A DNA stretch of 64,000 nt from Escherichia coli (lineage in GTDB: Bacteria; Pseudomonadota; Gammaproteobacteria; Enterobacterales; Enterobacteriaceae): assembly GCF_051903065.1 (NCBI RefSeq), contig NZ_CP178438.1. One strand, written 5' to 3'. Under the pieces are notes generated by a model, which worked only from the letters and a program-made list of their open reading frames with translations, ran no database searches and was not told where the DNA came from. Both the position numbers and the translations under genes were made by a program. This document shows, piece after piece, positions 52,907 through 64,000 of the stretch. Position 1 is the stretch's first letter; the number at the start of each line of letters is the position of its first letter.

Positions 52907-53794
52907 TCAGGAGAGATATTTATCGAACCATTTCAGTGTCCTTTGCCAGGCAAGATCGGCGGCAGATTTGTCATAACGGGGCGTGGAATCATTATGGAAT
53001 CCGTGATTAACCCCCGGATAGATATACGCCTCATAAACCTTATTATTGGCTTTCAACGCCGCCTCGTAAGCAGGCCAGCCCTCGTTGATTCGGGTGTCCA
53101 GTTCCGCGAAGTGGAGTAGTAAAGGCGCTTCAATCTTCGCCACATCGGCAGTGGGTGCCTGACGACCATAAAACGGCACCGCGCAGGCCAGTTCCGGATA
53201 CGCGACAGCCGCCGCGTTCGATACGCCACCGCCATAGCAAAATCCGGTAATACCCACTTTGCCTGTCGCTTGCGGATAGCGTTGCATAAACTCAATTGCG
53301 GCAAAAAAATCATTCATCAGTTTGGTTGGATCAACCTGCTGTTGCAGCTCACGACCTTTATCATCATTTCCCGGATAACCTCCAACGGAACTTAAGCCGT
53401 CAGGTGCCAGGGCGATATACCCCGCCTTCGCCACTCGCCGTGCCACATCTTCGATATACGGATTCAGTCCACGATTCTCATGCACCACCACCACGGCTGG
53501 CGTTTTGCCGCTCATCCTTGCGGGTTTCACCAGATAACCCCGTACCTCGCCGTGACCATTTGGCGAAGGATACGTGATGTACTCAGCAACAATCTCCGGG
53601 TCGGTAAACTCTACCTGAGTCGCCAGCGCATAATTTGGCTTGAGCAAATCAAACAACGCTAATGCCGTCATCCCGCCTACCGCATACTTCGCCGCAAGGT
53701 TGAGGAACTCACGTTTCGAGATTTTCCCGTGAGCGTAATAGTCGTAGTAATCCAGCAACTCTTGTGGGAAATCTTTGGCGGTTAAACGCGGCAT
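52907..53794 (-). CDS. yghX: Dienelactone hydrolase family protein (intact yghX)
   Basis: Start MPRLTAKDFPQELLDYYDYY; continuous reading frame; ORF track extends to 53839. Confidence 0.75.
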   Translation of the reverse strand: MPRLTAKDFPQELLDYYDYYAHGKISKREFLNLAAKYAVGGMTALALFDLLKPNYALATQVEFTDPEIVAEYITYPSPNGHGEVRGYLVKPARMSGKTPAVVVVHENRGLNPYIEDVARRVAKAGYIALAPDGLSSVGGYPGNDDKGRELQQQVDPTKLMNDFFAAIEFMQRYPQATGKVGITGFCYGGGVSNAAAVAYPELACAVPFYGRQAPTADVAKIEAPLLLHFAELDTRINEGWPAYEAALKANNKVYEAYIYPGVNHGFHNDSTPRYDKSAADLAWQRTLKWFDKYLS

Positions 53795-53950
53795 CGTTGC
53801 ACTCCTCAGTTGGTGTTTTTTTAAGCAAAGCATAAGCACGTGTTTTTGCCCAGTTTTTCGTCACTCTGTGAGCCAGACTACGGGATACGCGCTGGCGAAT
53901 CGCTAAACTAGAAACATTGTTTCGAAATTGAACGGTGGAAAGGAGAGGTC

Positions 53951-54991
53951 ATGGTCTGGTTAGCGAATCCCGAACGTTACGGGCAGATGCAATACCGCTA
54001 TTGCGGAAAAAGCGGTTTACGCCTGCCCGCGTTATCGCTCGGTTTATGGCACAATTTCGGTCACGTTAACGCGCTGGAATCACAGCGTGCGATCCTGCGT
54101 AAAGCGTTTGATTTGGGCATTACGCACTTTGATTTAGCCAACAATTACGGGCCGCCTCCAGGAAGCGCAGAAGAGAACTTTGGTCGCCTGCTGCGGGAGG
54201 ATTTTGCCGCTTATCGCGATGAACTGATTATCTCTACCAAGGCTGGCTACGATATGTGGCCCGGCCCTTACGGCTCTGGCGGTTCACGTAAATACCTGCT
54301 CGCCAGCCTCGACCAAAGCCTGAAGCGTATGGGGCTTGAGTATGTCGATATCTTTTACTCTCATCGCGTCGATGAAAATACGCCGATGGAAGAAACCGCC
54401 TCTGCGCTGGCTCATGCGGTACAAAGCGGTAAGGCGCTGTATGTCGGGATCTCCTCTTACTCGCCAGAGCGGACGCAAAAAATGGTCGAGTTACTGCGCG
54501 AGTGGAAAATTCCGCTGTTAATTCATCAACCTTCGTACAATTTACTAAACCGCTGGGTGGATAAAAGCGGCCTGCTGGATACCCTGCAAAATAACGGCGT
54601 GGGCTGCATTGCCTTTACTCCTCTGGCTCAGGGATTGCTGACCGGAAAATATCTCAACGGCATTCCTGAAGATTCACGAATGCATCGTGAAGGGAATAAA
54701 GTTCGTGGCCTGACGCCGAAAATGCTCACCGAAGCCAACCTCAACAGCCTGCGCTTATTGAATGAAATGGCACAGCAGCGTGGACAATCAATGGCGCAAA
54801 TGGCGTTAAGCTGGTTGCTGAAAGATGAGCGAGTGACGTCGGTATTGATTGGTGCCAGCCGCGCGGAGCAACTTGAGGAGAACGTGCAGGCGCTGAGTAA
54901 TCTGACGTTTAGCACCGAGGAGCTGGCGCAGATTGATCAGCATATCGCCGATGGCGAGCTGAATCTGTGGCAGGCGTCTTCCGATAAATGA
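53951..54991 (+). CDS. gpr: L-glyceraldehyde 3-phosphate reductase (aldo-keto reductase)
   Basis: 346 aa AKR family; synteny (yghZ). Confidence 0.9.
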   Translation: MVWLANPERYGQMQYRYCGKSGLRLPALSLGLWHNFGHVNALESQRAILRKAFDLGITHFDLANNYGPPPGSAEENFGRLLREDFAAYRDELIISTKAGYDMWPGPYGSGGSRKYLLASLDQSLKRMGLEYVDIFYSHRVDENTPMEETASALAHAVQSGKALYVGISSYSPERTQKMVELLREWKIPLLIHQPSYNLLNRWVDKSGLLDTLQNNGVGCIAFTPLAQGLLTGKYLNGIPEDSRMHREGNKVRGLTPKMLTEANLNSLRLLNEMAQQRGQSMAQMALSWLLKDERVTSVLIGASRAEQLEENVQALSNLTFSTEELAQIDQHIADGELNLWQASSDK

Positions 54992-55030
54992 CCTGTTAAT
55001 AACGGGCGCGAGAACCGCGCCCGAATCAGA

Positions 55031-55594
<564 letters not shown>

Positions 55595-55715
55595 TCAACA
55601 TATCCGTTAAACCTTTGTCGCATAATTCTGAGGGTTAGGGATCTTCCTGGTTCCCTTATCAACGCATCGAGAGCGTCTACCCTTAAAGGACGTTGAACCT
55701 GAAGGGAGAAAAACG

Positions 55716-56600
55716 ATGTCTCATTTAAAAGACCCGACCACGCAGTATTACACTGGTGAATATCCCAAACAGAAACAACCGACGCCAGGCATCCAGGCGA
55801 AGATGACACCGGTACCGGATTGCGGCGAGAAAACCTATGTTGGTAGCGGTCGCCTGAAAGATCGTAAAGCCCTGGTGACAGGGGGCGATTCCGGAATCGG
55901 TCGCGCTGCCGCCATCGCTTACGCGCGTGAAGGGGCTGACGTGGCGATCAGTTATCTTCCCGTGGAAGAAGAAGACGCTCAGGATGTGAAAAAGATCATT
56001 GAAGAATGCGGACGCAAAGCCGTTCTGCTGCCAGGCGATTTAAGCGATGAGAAATTCGCCCGTTCGCTGGTTCACGAAGCGCACAAGGCGTTAGGCGGGC
56101 TGGATATTATGGCGCTGGTCGCCGGGAAACAGGTTGCCATTCCTGATATTGCAGACCTCACCAGCGAACAGTTTCAAAAGACCTTTGCCATTAACGTTTT
56201 CGCGCTGTTCTGGCTAACCCAGGAAGCGATCCCCCTGCTACCGAAAGGTGCAAGTATCATCACCACTTCGTCAATCCAGGCATACCAGCCAAGTCCGCAT
56301 TTACTGGACTATGCGGCTACGAAGGCGGCGATTCTGAACTACAGCCGTGGCCTGGCAAAACAGGTCGCGGAGAAAGGTATTCGGGTGAATATTGTCGCGC
56401 CAGGCCCTATCTGGACGGCACTACAAATTTCCGGCGGACAAACGCAGGATAAGATCCCGCAGTTTGGTCAGAAAACGCCGATGAAGCGTGCGGGGCAACC
56501 GGCGGAACTGGCCCCAGTATATGTTTATCTGGCAAGTCAGGAGTCGAGCTACGTCACCGCAGAAGTGCACGGTGTGTGCGGCGGCGAGCATTTAGGTTAA
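55716..56600 (+). CDS. yghA: NADP-dependent SDR oxidoreductase YghA
   Basis: 294 aa; GGDSGIGRA Rossmann motif. Confidence 0.9.
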   Translation: MSHLKDPTTQYYTGEYPKQKQPTPGIQAKMTPVPDCGEKTYVGSGRLKDRKALVTGGDSGIGRAAAIAYAREGADVAISYLPVEEEDAQDVKKIIEECGRKAVLLPGDLSDEKFARSLVHEAHKALGGLDIMALVAGKQVAIPDIADLTSEQFQKTFAINVFALFWLTQEAIPLLPKGASIITTSSIQAYQPSPHLLDYAATKAAILNYSRGLAKQVAEKGIRVNIVAPGPIWTALQISGGQTQDKIPQFGQKTPMKRAGQPAELAPVYVYLASQESSYVTAEVHGVCGGEHLG

Positions 56601-56624
56601 AAAAATGCCCGGTTGTGAAAAGCA

Positions 56625-56870
56625 ACCGGGCATCATTGTGAATTCACTCTTACCTGATGTGGCGAAAACGCCTTATCCGCCTACAAACGCATGAAGATTC
56701 AACATGTTGCAATAGATTTTGTAGGCCTGATAAGCGTAGCGCATCAGGCATTGAGCACCTAATGCCGGATGCGGCGTGAACGCCTTATCCGGCCTACAAA
56801 CGCACGAAGATTCAACATGTTGCAATAGATTTTGTAGGCCTGATGAGCGTAGCGCATCAGGCAATTCTAC
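56625..56870. repeat. BIME/REP repeat cluster (two tandem copies of an about 100 bp unit)
   Basis: Near-duplicate units CCTTATCCG(G)CCTACAAACGCA(T/C)GAAGATTCAACATGTTGCAATAGATTTTGTAGGCCTGAT(A/G)AGCGTAGCGCATCAGGCA. Confidence 0.8.
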
Positions 56871-56871
56871 T

Positions 56872-57297
56872 TTACTTCGCTTTGGCGGTTTCTTCGCCGA
56901 CCAGACCTATCTTCAGGTAACCCGCCTGATGCAGCGTATCCATTACCTTCATCAACGTCTCGTAATCGACGGTTTTGTCCGCTCGGAAGAAGATGGTGGT
57001 GTCTTTCTTACCTTCGGTTAACGCATTCAACGCCGTAATCATTGTTTCATCGGTGACTGGATCGTTACCGATAAACATCGAGTTGTCTGCCTTCACCGAC
57101 AGATAAACCGGTTTTTCCGGGCGCGGCTGCGGCGTGCTGGTAGAAGCAGGCAAGTTCACCTTCACATCTACCGTCGCTAACGGTGCCGCCACCATAAAGA
57201 TAATCAGCAGAACCAACATCACGTCGATAAACGGCGTCACGTTGATATCATGCATTTCGCCGTTATCATCGAGGTTTTCGTTAAGATGCATTGCCAT
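56872..57297 (-). CDS. exbD: TonB-system protein ExbD
   Basis: 141 aa; synteny with exbB. Confidence 0.9.
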   Translation of the reverse strand: MAMHLNENLDDNGEMHDINVTPFIDVMLVLLIIFMVAAPLATVDVKVNLPASTSTPQPRPEKPVYLSVKADNSMFIGNDPVTDETMITALNALTEGKKDTTIFFRADKTVDYETLMKVMDTLHQAGYLKIGLVGEETAKAK

Positions 57298-57303
57298 CGG
57301 ACA

Positions 57304-58038
57304 TTATCCTGCACGTAATTTTTGTGCGACACGAACCGGATGCGCAGCGGCGCTGGCTTCCAGATCCAGGTCACGGCTTTGCAGCAACAATACCTGCGCT
57401 GCGACATCACCCAGCATCGCTTTAAAGCCGCCAATCTGACGCGCGAATACGTTATAGATAACGACCGCCGGAATCGCTGCCACCAGACCGATTGCCGTTG
57501 CTAACAGAGCTTCTGCGATACCCGGCGCAACGACTGCCAGGTTAGTAGTCTGCGTTTGCGCGATACCAATAAAGCTGTTCATGATGCCCCAGACCGTACC
57601 AAACAGCCCAACGAACGGCGAAATCGCGCCGATGGTTGCCAGATAGCCGTTACCGCGGCCCATTTGACGACCTACTGCGGCGACCCGACGCTCCAGACGA
57701 AAGCTGGTACGTTCTTTAATACCTTCGTTATCGTCGCTGCCTTCTGACAGTTCCAGCTCATTCTGCGCTTCATTGAGCAAATGCAGGCTTAAGCTTTTGC
57801 TACCAAAATCAGCGGCGATATCGTTGGCCTGGTTTAAGGAACGCGCTTCAGCCAGCAGTTGCTGCTCGCGCTTAAGGCGACGCTTCTGATTGAAGAACTC
57901 TACGCTCTTACTGAAGAAGATTGCCCAGGTGACTACGGAGGCCAAAATAAGCCCAATCATCACGCACTTAACGACAATATCGGCGTGCTGATACATACCC
58001 CAGACGGAAAGGTCCGTCTGCATTAAATTATTACCCAC
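57304..58038 (-). CDS. exbB: TonB-system protein ExbB
   Basis: 244 aa MotA/TolQ/ExbB family. Confidence 0.9.
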   Translation of the reverse strand: MGNNLMQTDLSVWGMYQHADIVVKCVMIGLILASVVTWAIFFSKSVEFFNQKRRLKREQQLLAEARSLNQANDIAADFGSKSLSLHLLNEAQNELELSEGSDDNEGIKERTSFRLERRVAAVGRQMGRGNGYLATIGAISPFVGLFGTVWGIMNSFIGIAQTQTTNLAVVAPGIAEALLATAIGLVAAIPAVVIYNVFARQIGGFKAMLGDVAAQVLLLQSRDLDLEASAAAHPVRVAQKLRAG

Positions 58039-58289
58039 TGTGTATCTCCAGGACGCAAGTCACAAAATCTGCGCATAATAATATCAAAACGACGTCGAAT
58101 TGATAGTCGTTCTCATTACTATTTGCATACTGCCGTACCTTTGCTTTCTTTTCCTTGCGTTTACGCAGTAAAAAAGTCACCAGCACGCCATTTGCGAAAA
58201 TTTTCTGCTTTATGCCAATTCTTCAGGATGCGCCCGCGAATATTCATGCTAGTTTAGACATCCAGACGTATAAAAACAGGAATCCCGAC

Positions 58290-59477
58290 ATGGCGGACAA
58301 AAAGCTTGATACTCAACTGGTGAATGCAGGACGCAGCAAAAAATACACTCTCGGCGCGGTAAATAGCGTGATTCAGCGCGCTTCTTCGCTGGTATTTGAG
58401 AGTATGGAAGCCAAAAAGCACGCGACGCGCAATCGCGCCAATGGCGAGTTGTTCTATGGACGGCGCGGAACGTTAACCCATTTTTCCTTACAACAAGCGA
58501 TGTGTGAACTGGAAGGTGGCGCAGGCTGCGCGCTATTTCCCTGCGGGGCGGCAGCGGTTGCTAATTCGATTCTTGCTTTTGTCGAACAGGGCGATCATGT
58601 GTTGATGACCAACACCGCCTATGAACCGAGTCAGGATTTCTGTAGCAAAATCCTCAGCAAACTGGGCGTAACGACATCATGGTTTGATCCGCTGATTGGT
58701 GCCGATATCGTTAAGCATCTGCAGCCAAACACTAAAATCGTATTTCTGGAATCGCCGGGTTCCATCACTATGGAAGTCCACGACGTTCCGGCGATTGTTG
58801 CCGCCGTGCGCAGTGTGGTGCCGGATGCCATCATTATGATCGACAACACCTGGGCAGCCGGTGTGCTGTTTAAGGCGCTGGATTTTGGCATCGATGTTTC
58901 TATTCAGGCCGCCACCAAATATCTGGTTGGGCATTCAGATGCGATGATTGGCACTGCCGTGTGCAATGCCCGTTGCTGGGAGCAGCTACGGGAAAATGCC
59001 TATCTGATGGGCCAGATGGTCGATGCCGATACCGCCTATATAACCAGCCGTGGCCTGCGCACATTAGGTGTGCGTTTGCGTCAACATCATGAAAGCAGTC
59101 TGAAAGTGGCTGAATGGCTGGCAGAACATCCGCAAGTTGCGCGAGTTAACCACCCTGCCCTGCCTGGCAGTAAAGGACACGAATTCTGGAAACGAGACTT
59201 TACAGGCAGCAGCGGGCTATTTTCCTTTGTGCTTAAGAAAAAACTCAATGATGAAGAGCTGGCGAACTATCTGGATAACTTCAGTTTATTCAGCATGGCC
59301 TACTCGTGGGGCGGGTATGAATCGTTGATCCTGGCAAATCAACCAGAACATATCGCCGCCATTCGCCCACAAGGCGAGATCGATTTTAGCGGGACCTTGA
59401 TTCGCCTGCATATTGGTCTGGAAGATGTCGACGATCTGATTGCCGATCTGGACGCCGGTTTTGCGCGGATTGTATAA
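58290..59477 (+). CDS. metC: Cystathionine beta-lyase
   Basis: Start [20 protein letters not shown]; ORF track extends upstream to 58155. Confidence 0.9.
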   Translation: MADKKLDTQLVNAGRSKKYTLGAVNSVIQRASSLVFESMEAKKHATRNRANGELFYGRRGTLTHFSLQQAMCELEGGAGCALFPCGAAAVANSILAFVEQGDHVLMTNTAYEPSQDFCSKILSKLGVTTSWFDPLIGADIVKHLQPNTKIVFLESPGSITMEVHDVPAIVAAVRSVVPDAIIMIDNTWAAGVLFKALDFGIDVSIQAATKYLVGHSDAMIGTAVCNARCWEQLRENAYLMGQMVDADTAYITSRGLRTLGVRLRQHHESSLKVAEWLAEHPQVARVNHPALPGSKGHEFWKRDFTGSSGLFSFVLKKKLNDEELANYLDNFSLFSMAYSWGGYESLILANQPEHIAAIRPQGEIDFSGTLIRLHIGLEDVDDLIADLDAGFARIV

Positions 59478-59616
59478 CATTGCCACTTTTGGACAATTTT
59501 GCAGACATTTTATTGTGAAAAGTCTTAAATTGTTGCGTCCGGGATCAAGGCGTCCCGGACGATTCAGGAGTACAATAGGCAGATAAAGGCTTAAACGCTG
59601 TTCCACAGGAAAGTCC

Positions 59617-60270
59617 ATGGCTGTTATTCAAGATATCATCGCTGCGCTCTGGCAACACGACTTTGCCGCGCTGGCGGATCCTCATATTGTTAGCGTTGTT
59701 TACTTTGTCATGTTTGCCACGCTGTTTTTAGAAAACGGCCTGCTGCCCGCCTCATTTTTGCCAGGCGACAGCTTGTTGATACTGGCAGGCGCATTGATTG
59801 CCCAGGGGGTTATGGATTTTCTGCCTACGATTGCGATTCTGACCGCCGCAGCAAGTCTGGGCTGCTGGCTAAGTTATCTTCAGGGGCGCTGGTTAGGGAA
59901 TACCAAAACGGTGAAAGGCTGGCTGGCACAGCTTCCTGCTAAATATCATCAGCGCGCCACCTGCATGTTTGACCGCCACGGTCTGCTGGCGCTGCTGGCT
60001 GGACGTTTTCTTGCATTTGTCCGTACGCTGCTGCCAACCATGGCGGGAATTTCCGGTCTGCCAAACCGCCGTTTCCAGTTTTTCAACTGGTTAAGCGGAT
60101 TGCTGTGGGTCAGCGTGGTAACCAGTTTCGGCTATGCCTTAAGTATGATTCCGTTCGTTAAACGCCATGAAGATCAGGTAATGACGTTCCTGATGATCCT
60201 GCCAATTGCCTTGTTAACCGCTGGCTTGTTAGGCACGCTGTTTGTGGTGATTAAAAAAAAAATACTGTAA
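59617..60270 (+). CDS. yghB: DedA-family inner membrane protein YghB
   Basis: 217 aa; synteny between metC and yqhC. Confidence 0.85.
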   Translation: MAVIQDIIAALWQHDFAALADPHIVSVVYFVMFATLFLENGLLPASFLPGDSLLILAGALIAQGVMDFLPTIAILTAAASLGCWLSYLQGRWLGNTKTVKGWLAQLPAKYHQRATCMFDRHGLLALLAGRFLAFVRTLLPTMAGISGLPNRRFQFFNWLSGLLWVSVVTSFGYALSMIPFVKRHEDQVMTFLMILPIALLTAGLLGTLFVVIKKKIL

Positions 60271-60316
60271 CGCCTGACGATTTTCCCTGTTCCCGGTTGC
60301 TGTACCGGGAACGTAT

Positions 60317-61273
60317 TTAATTCCCCTGCATCGCCCGCATTCTTGCCGCATCTTCCCCCGGCGTCACACCGAAGTAACGTTTAAACTCACGGCTAAATTG
60401 CGATGCGCTTTCATAGCCGACGCGCATCGCTGCTGCGCTGGCCTTCATGCCGTCATGGATGATCATCATCCGCGCCTTATGCAGACGGTAATTCTTCAAA
60501 TACTGCAACGGCGAGGTGCTGGTGACAGACTTAAAATTATGGTGGAACGCCGATACGCTCATATTGGCTTCTGCCGCCAGTTGCTCGACGCTCAGGTTTT
60601 CGGTGTATTTATTCTCAATCCGTTTCAGCACGCGGCTAATCAGACTGAAGTGAGTCTGGCGACTGACCAGCGCCAGTAACGCGCCGCCGCAAGGTCCGGT
60701 CAGCACGTAGTACAGAATTTCGCGGATGATCTGTTTGCCGAGAATACGCGCATCCAGTGGTCGCTCCATCACGTCGAGTAACCGCTCCGCCGCGCATAAA
60801 ATCTCTTCTGATAACGTGGCGGAGTTAATCCCGCTGGCTGCCATCGACGGCTGGAAATGCTCATCTTCGCCAATGTCCATCAACAGTTCCTGTAACTGCA
60901 AAATATCGACATTGAGACGCAACCCTGCCAGCGGCACCTCTGACGTGGCATAGGTTTCGCACTCAAACGGCAACGGCACCGTCAGCAGCAGGTATTCATT
61001 GGCATCATAACGAAACACGCGTTCATTGATATAACCGATTTTATGTCCGGAAAAGAGAATTATGATGCCAGGCTCGTACATCACCGGTGTACGTGCGAAA
61101 GGCGTCTCGCCATACAACAAACGCACATCGGGCAACATTTCTGACAAACTATTTTCTTTATTTTTCAGTTTATTAACTTTATCCGCCAGCAAGCGGCAAA
61201 TCTCTTCACGTTTCATATCGCGTAATTTCTTAGGAATAATGCGGCAATTTGATTGTGCGCAATTTTGTAGCAT
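60317..61273 (-). CDS. yqhC: AraC-family transcriptional regulator YqhC
   Basis: Start [10 protein letters not shown]; ATG 61273 checked; ORF track extends to 61444. Confidence 0.85.
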   Translation of the reverse strand: MLQNCAQSNCRIIPKKLRDMKREEICRLLADKVNKLKNKENSLSEMLPDVRLLYGETPFARTPVMYEPGIIILFSGHKIGYINERVFRYDANEYLLLTVPLPFECETYATSEVPLAGLRLNVDILQLQELLMDIGEDEHFQPSMAASGINSATLSEEILCAAERLLDVMERPLDARILGKQIIREILYYVLTGPCGGALLALVSRQTHFSLISRVLKRIENKYTENLSVEQLAAEANMSVSAFHHNFKSVTSTSPLQYLKNYRLHKARMMIIHDGMKASAAAMRVGYESASQFSREFKRYFGVTPGEDAARMRAMQGN

Positions 61274-61409
61274 TTCTCCAGCACTCTGGAGAAATAGGCA
61301 AGACATTGGCAGAAATGAGCATTGAGAGCCAGGGCGCTGGCGATCACAATGAAAAACATCAGGCAGATCGTTCTCTGCCCTCATATTGGCCCAGCAAAGG
61401 GAGCAAGTA

Positions 61410-62573
61410 ATGAACAACTTTAATCTGCACACCCCAACCCGCATTCTGTTTGGTAAAGGCGCAATCGCTGGTTTACGCGAACAAATTCCTCACGATGCTC
61501 GCGTATTGATTACCTACGGCGGCGGCAGCGTGAAAAAAACCGGCGTTCTCGATCAAGTTCTGGATGCCCTGAAAGGCATGGACGTGCTGGAATTTGGCGG
61601 TATTGAGCCAAACCCGGCTTATGAAACGCTGATGAACGCCGTGAAACTGGTTCGCGAACAGAAAGTGACTTTCCTGCTGGCGGTTGGCGGCGGTTCTGTA
61701 CTGGACGGCACCAAATTTATCGCCGCAGCGGCTAACTATCCGGAAAATATCGATCCGTGGCACATTCTGCAAACGGGCGGTAAAGAGATTAAAAGCGCCA
61801 TCCCGATGGGCTGTGTGCTGACGCTGCCAGCAACCGGTTCAGAATCCAACGCCGGTGCGGTGATCTCCCGTAAAACCACAGGCGATAAGCAGGCGTTCCA
61901 TTCTGCCCATGTTCAGCCGGTATTTGCCGTGCTCGATCCGGTTTATACCTACACCCTGCCGCCGCGTCAGGTGGCTAACGGCGTAGTGGACGCCTTTGTA
62001 CACACCGTGGAACAGTATGTTACCAAACCGGTTGATGCCAAAATTCAGGACCGTTTCGCAGAAGGCATTTTGCTGACGCTGATCGAAGATGGTCCGAAAG
62101 CCCTGAAAGAGCCAGAAAACTACGATGTGCGCGCCAACGTCATGTGGGCGGCGACTCAGGCGCTGAACGGTTTGATTGGCGCTGGCGTACCGCAGGACTG
62201 GGCAACGCATATGCTGGGCCACGAACTGACTGCGATGCACGGTCTGGATCACGCGCAAACACTGGCTATCGTCCTGCCTGCACTGTGGAATGAAAAACGC
62301 GATACCAAGCGCGCTAAGCTGCTGCAATATGCTGAACGCGTCTGGAACATCACTGAAGGTTCCGACGATGAGCGTATTGACGCCGCGATTGCCGCAACCC
62401 GCAATTTCTTTGAGCAATTAGGCGTGCCGACCCACCTCTCCGACTACGGTCTGGACGGCAGCTCCATCCCGGCTTTGCTGAAAAAACTGGAAGAGCACGG
62501 CATGACCCAACTGGGCGAAAATCATGACATTACGCTGGATGTCAGCCGCCGTATATACGAAGCCGCCCGCTAA
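61410..62573 (+). CDS. yqhD: NADPH-dependent aldehyde reductase YqhD
   Basis: Start [22 protein letters not shown]; iron-type alcohol dehydrogenase family. Confidence 0.9.
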   Translation: MNNFNLHTPTRILFGKGAIAGLREQIPHDARVLITYGGGSVKKTGVLDQVLDALKGMDVLEFGGIEPNPAYETLMNAVKLVREQKVTFLLAVGGGSVLDGTKFIAAAANYPENIDPWHILQTGGKEIKSAIPMGCVLTLPATGSESNAGAVISRKTTGDKQAFHSAHVQPVFAVLDPVYTYTLPPRQVANGVVDAFVHTVEQYVTKPVDAKIQDRFAEGILLTLIEDGPKALKEPENYDVRANVMWAATQALNGLIGAGVPQDWATHMLGHELTAMHGLDHAQTLAIVLPALWNEKRDTKRAKLLQYAERVWNITEGSDDERIDAAIAATRNFFEQLGVPTHLSDYGLDGSSIPALLKKLEEHGMTQLGENHDITLDVSRRIYEAAR

Positions 62574-62677
62574 GCTTTTTACGCCTCAAACTTTCGTTTT
62601 CGGGCATTTCGTCCAGACTTAAGTTCACAACACCTCACCGGAGCCTGCTCCGGTGAGTTCATATAAAGGAGGAACGT

Positions 62678-63505
62678 ATGGCTAATCCAACCGTTATTAA
62701 GCTACAGGATGGCAATGTCATGCCCCAGTTGGGACTGGGCGTCTGGCAAGCAAGTAATGAGGAAGTAATCACCGCCATTCAAAAAGCGTTAGAAGTGGGT
62801 TATCGCTCGATTGATACCGCCGCGGCCTATAAGAACGAAGAAGGTGTCGGCAAAGCCCTGAAAAATGCCTCAGTCAACAGAGAAGAACTGTTCATCACCA
62901 CTAAGCTGTGGAACGACGACCACAAGCGCCCCCGCGAAGCCCTGCTCGACAGCCTGAAAAAACTCCAGCTTGATTATATCGACCTCTACTTAATGCACTG
63001 GCCCGTTCCCGCTATCGACCATTATGTCGAAGCATGGAAAGGCATGATCGAATTGCAAAAAGAGGGATTAATCAAAAGCATCGGCGTGTGCAACTTCCAG
63101 ATCCATCACCTGCAACGCCTGATTGATGAAACTGGCGTGACACCTGTTATTAATCAGATCGAACTTCACCCGCTGATGCAACAACGCCAGCTACACGCCT
63201 GGAACGCGACACACAAAATCCAGACCGAATCCTGGAGCCCATTAGCGCAAGGAGGGAAAGGCGTTTTCGATCAGAAAGTCATTCGCGATCTGGCAGATAA
63301 ATACGGCAAAACCCCGGCGCAGATTGTTATCCGCTGGCATCTGGATAGCGGCCTGGTGGTGATCCCGAAATCGGTCACACCTTCACGCATTGCCGAAAAC
63401 TTTGATGTCTGGGATTTCCGTCTCGACAAAGACGAACTCGGCGAAATTGCAAAACTCGATCAGGGCAAGCGTCTCGGTCCCGATCCTGACCAGTTCGGCG
63501 GCTAA
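62678..63505 (+). CDS. dkgA: 2,5-diketo-D-gluconate reductase A (aldo-keto reductase)
   Basis: 275 aa MANPTVIKLQDGNVMPQLGLGVWQ. Confidence 0.9.
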   Translation: MANPTVIKLQDGNVMPQLGLGVWQASNEEVITAIQKALEVGYRSIDTAAAYKNEEGVGKALKNASVNREELFITTKLWNDDHKRPREALLDSLKKLQLDYIDLYLMHWPVPAIDHYVEAWKGMIELQKEGLIKSIGVCNFQIHHLQRLIDETGVTPVINQIELHPLMQQRQLHAWNATHKIQTESWSPLAQGGKGVFDQKVIRDLADKYGKTPAQIVIRWHLDSGLVVIPKSVTPSRIAENFDVWDFRLDKDELGEIAKLDQGKRLGPDPDQFGG

Positions 63506-63704
63506 CGTGCAAATTCTCCCGGTGGCGGTAATGTTCCGCTACCGGACTTTTCAGAAATCATTTATTCCCCTCGCGTCCCGCCCGTTGTTACTCTTCCTTG
63601 TTCAGGAATGCCAAATATAAGGACATCATCATGCAGAGCCGGAAGCTCTTAAAAGAACAACTCATCTATATCCGGGATAAACGCAACGGAGAGGTGAAAA
63701 ACAG

Positions 63705-64000
63705 ATGAAAATAATACTTCTGTTTTTAGCAGCCCTGGCAAGTTTTACCGTACACGCACAGCCCCCCTCACAGACCGTAGAACAAACAGTCCGGCATATT
63801 TATCAGAACTATAAATCAGATGCCACTGCCCCTTATTTTGGTGAAACCGGAGAGCGGGCGATAACTTCTGCGCGTATTCAACAGGCGCTTACCCTGAACG
63901 ACAATCTTACGCTGCCGGGCAATATTGGCTGGCTGGATTATGATCCGGTTTGTGATTGTCAGGATTTTGGCGATCTGGTGCTAGAAAGCGTAGCGATAAC
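63705..64000 (+). CDS. yqhG: YqhG (DUF3828) periplasmic protein, 5' part only
   Basis: MKIILLFLAALASFTVHAQPPSQ... runs off the window end. Confidence 0.7.
   Translation, partial: MKIILLFLAALASFTVHAQPPSQTVEQTVRHIYQNYKSDATAPYFGETGERAITSARIQQALTLNDNLTLPGNIGWLDYDPVCDCQDFGDLVLESVAI

Overview
Escherichia coli chromosomal window, identified by recall of K-12 protein sequences and gene order (no database search was possible). Positions 18.4-64 kb are the conserved core run glcA-glcBGFED / glcC / yghO ... yghQRST / pitB / gss / yghU / hybGFEDCBAO / yghW / yghX / gpr / yqhA / yghA / exbDB / metC / yghB / yqhC / yqhD / dkgA / yqhG (partial). Between yghO and yghQ this strain carries about 8 kb that, as I recall, is replaced by an IS5 in K-12: a fatty acyl-AMP ligase, an SDR reductase, an acyl carrier protein, a serine-palmitoyltransferase-like oxoamine synthase, two LptF/LptG-like permeases, a YtfJ paralog and a hypothetical protein. 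With YghO this matches the five-enzyme set known for bacterial ceramide synthesis, and it is the most interesting candidate system here. Positions 1-18.3 kb are accessory DNA: an IS110-family transposase remnant, a CP4-44/CP4-57-like cryptic-prophage module (yfjJ-like, yeeP-like GTPase, DUF932, antirestriction, RadC-like, YeeT, CbeA/CbtA, YeeW-like), two unrecognised convergent cargo genes preceded by a 1.7 kb strand-skewed noncoding region with iteron-like repeats, a ParDE pair, and a type VI secretion remnant (TssJ, TssE, VasL-like) flanked by T5orf172/GIY-YIG-like and Toprim-like genes and cut off by an IS1 with no target-site duplication. Coordinates counted by hand (repeats, terminators, IS ends) may be off by 1-2 bp.
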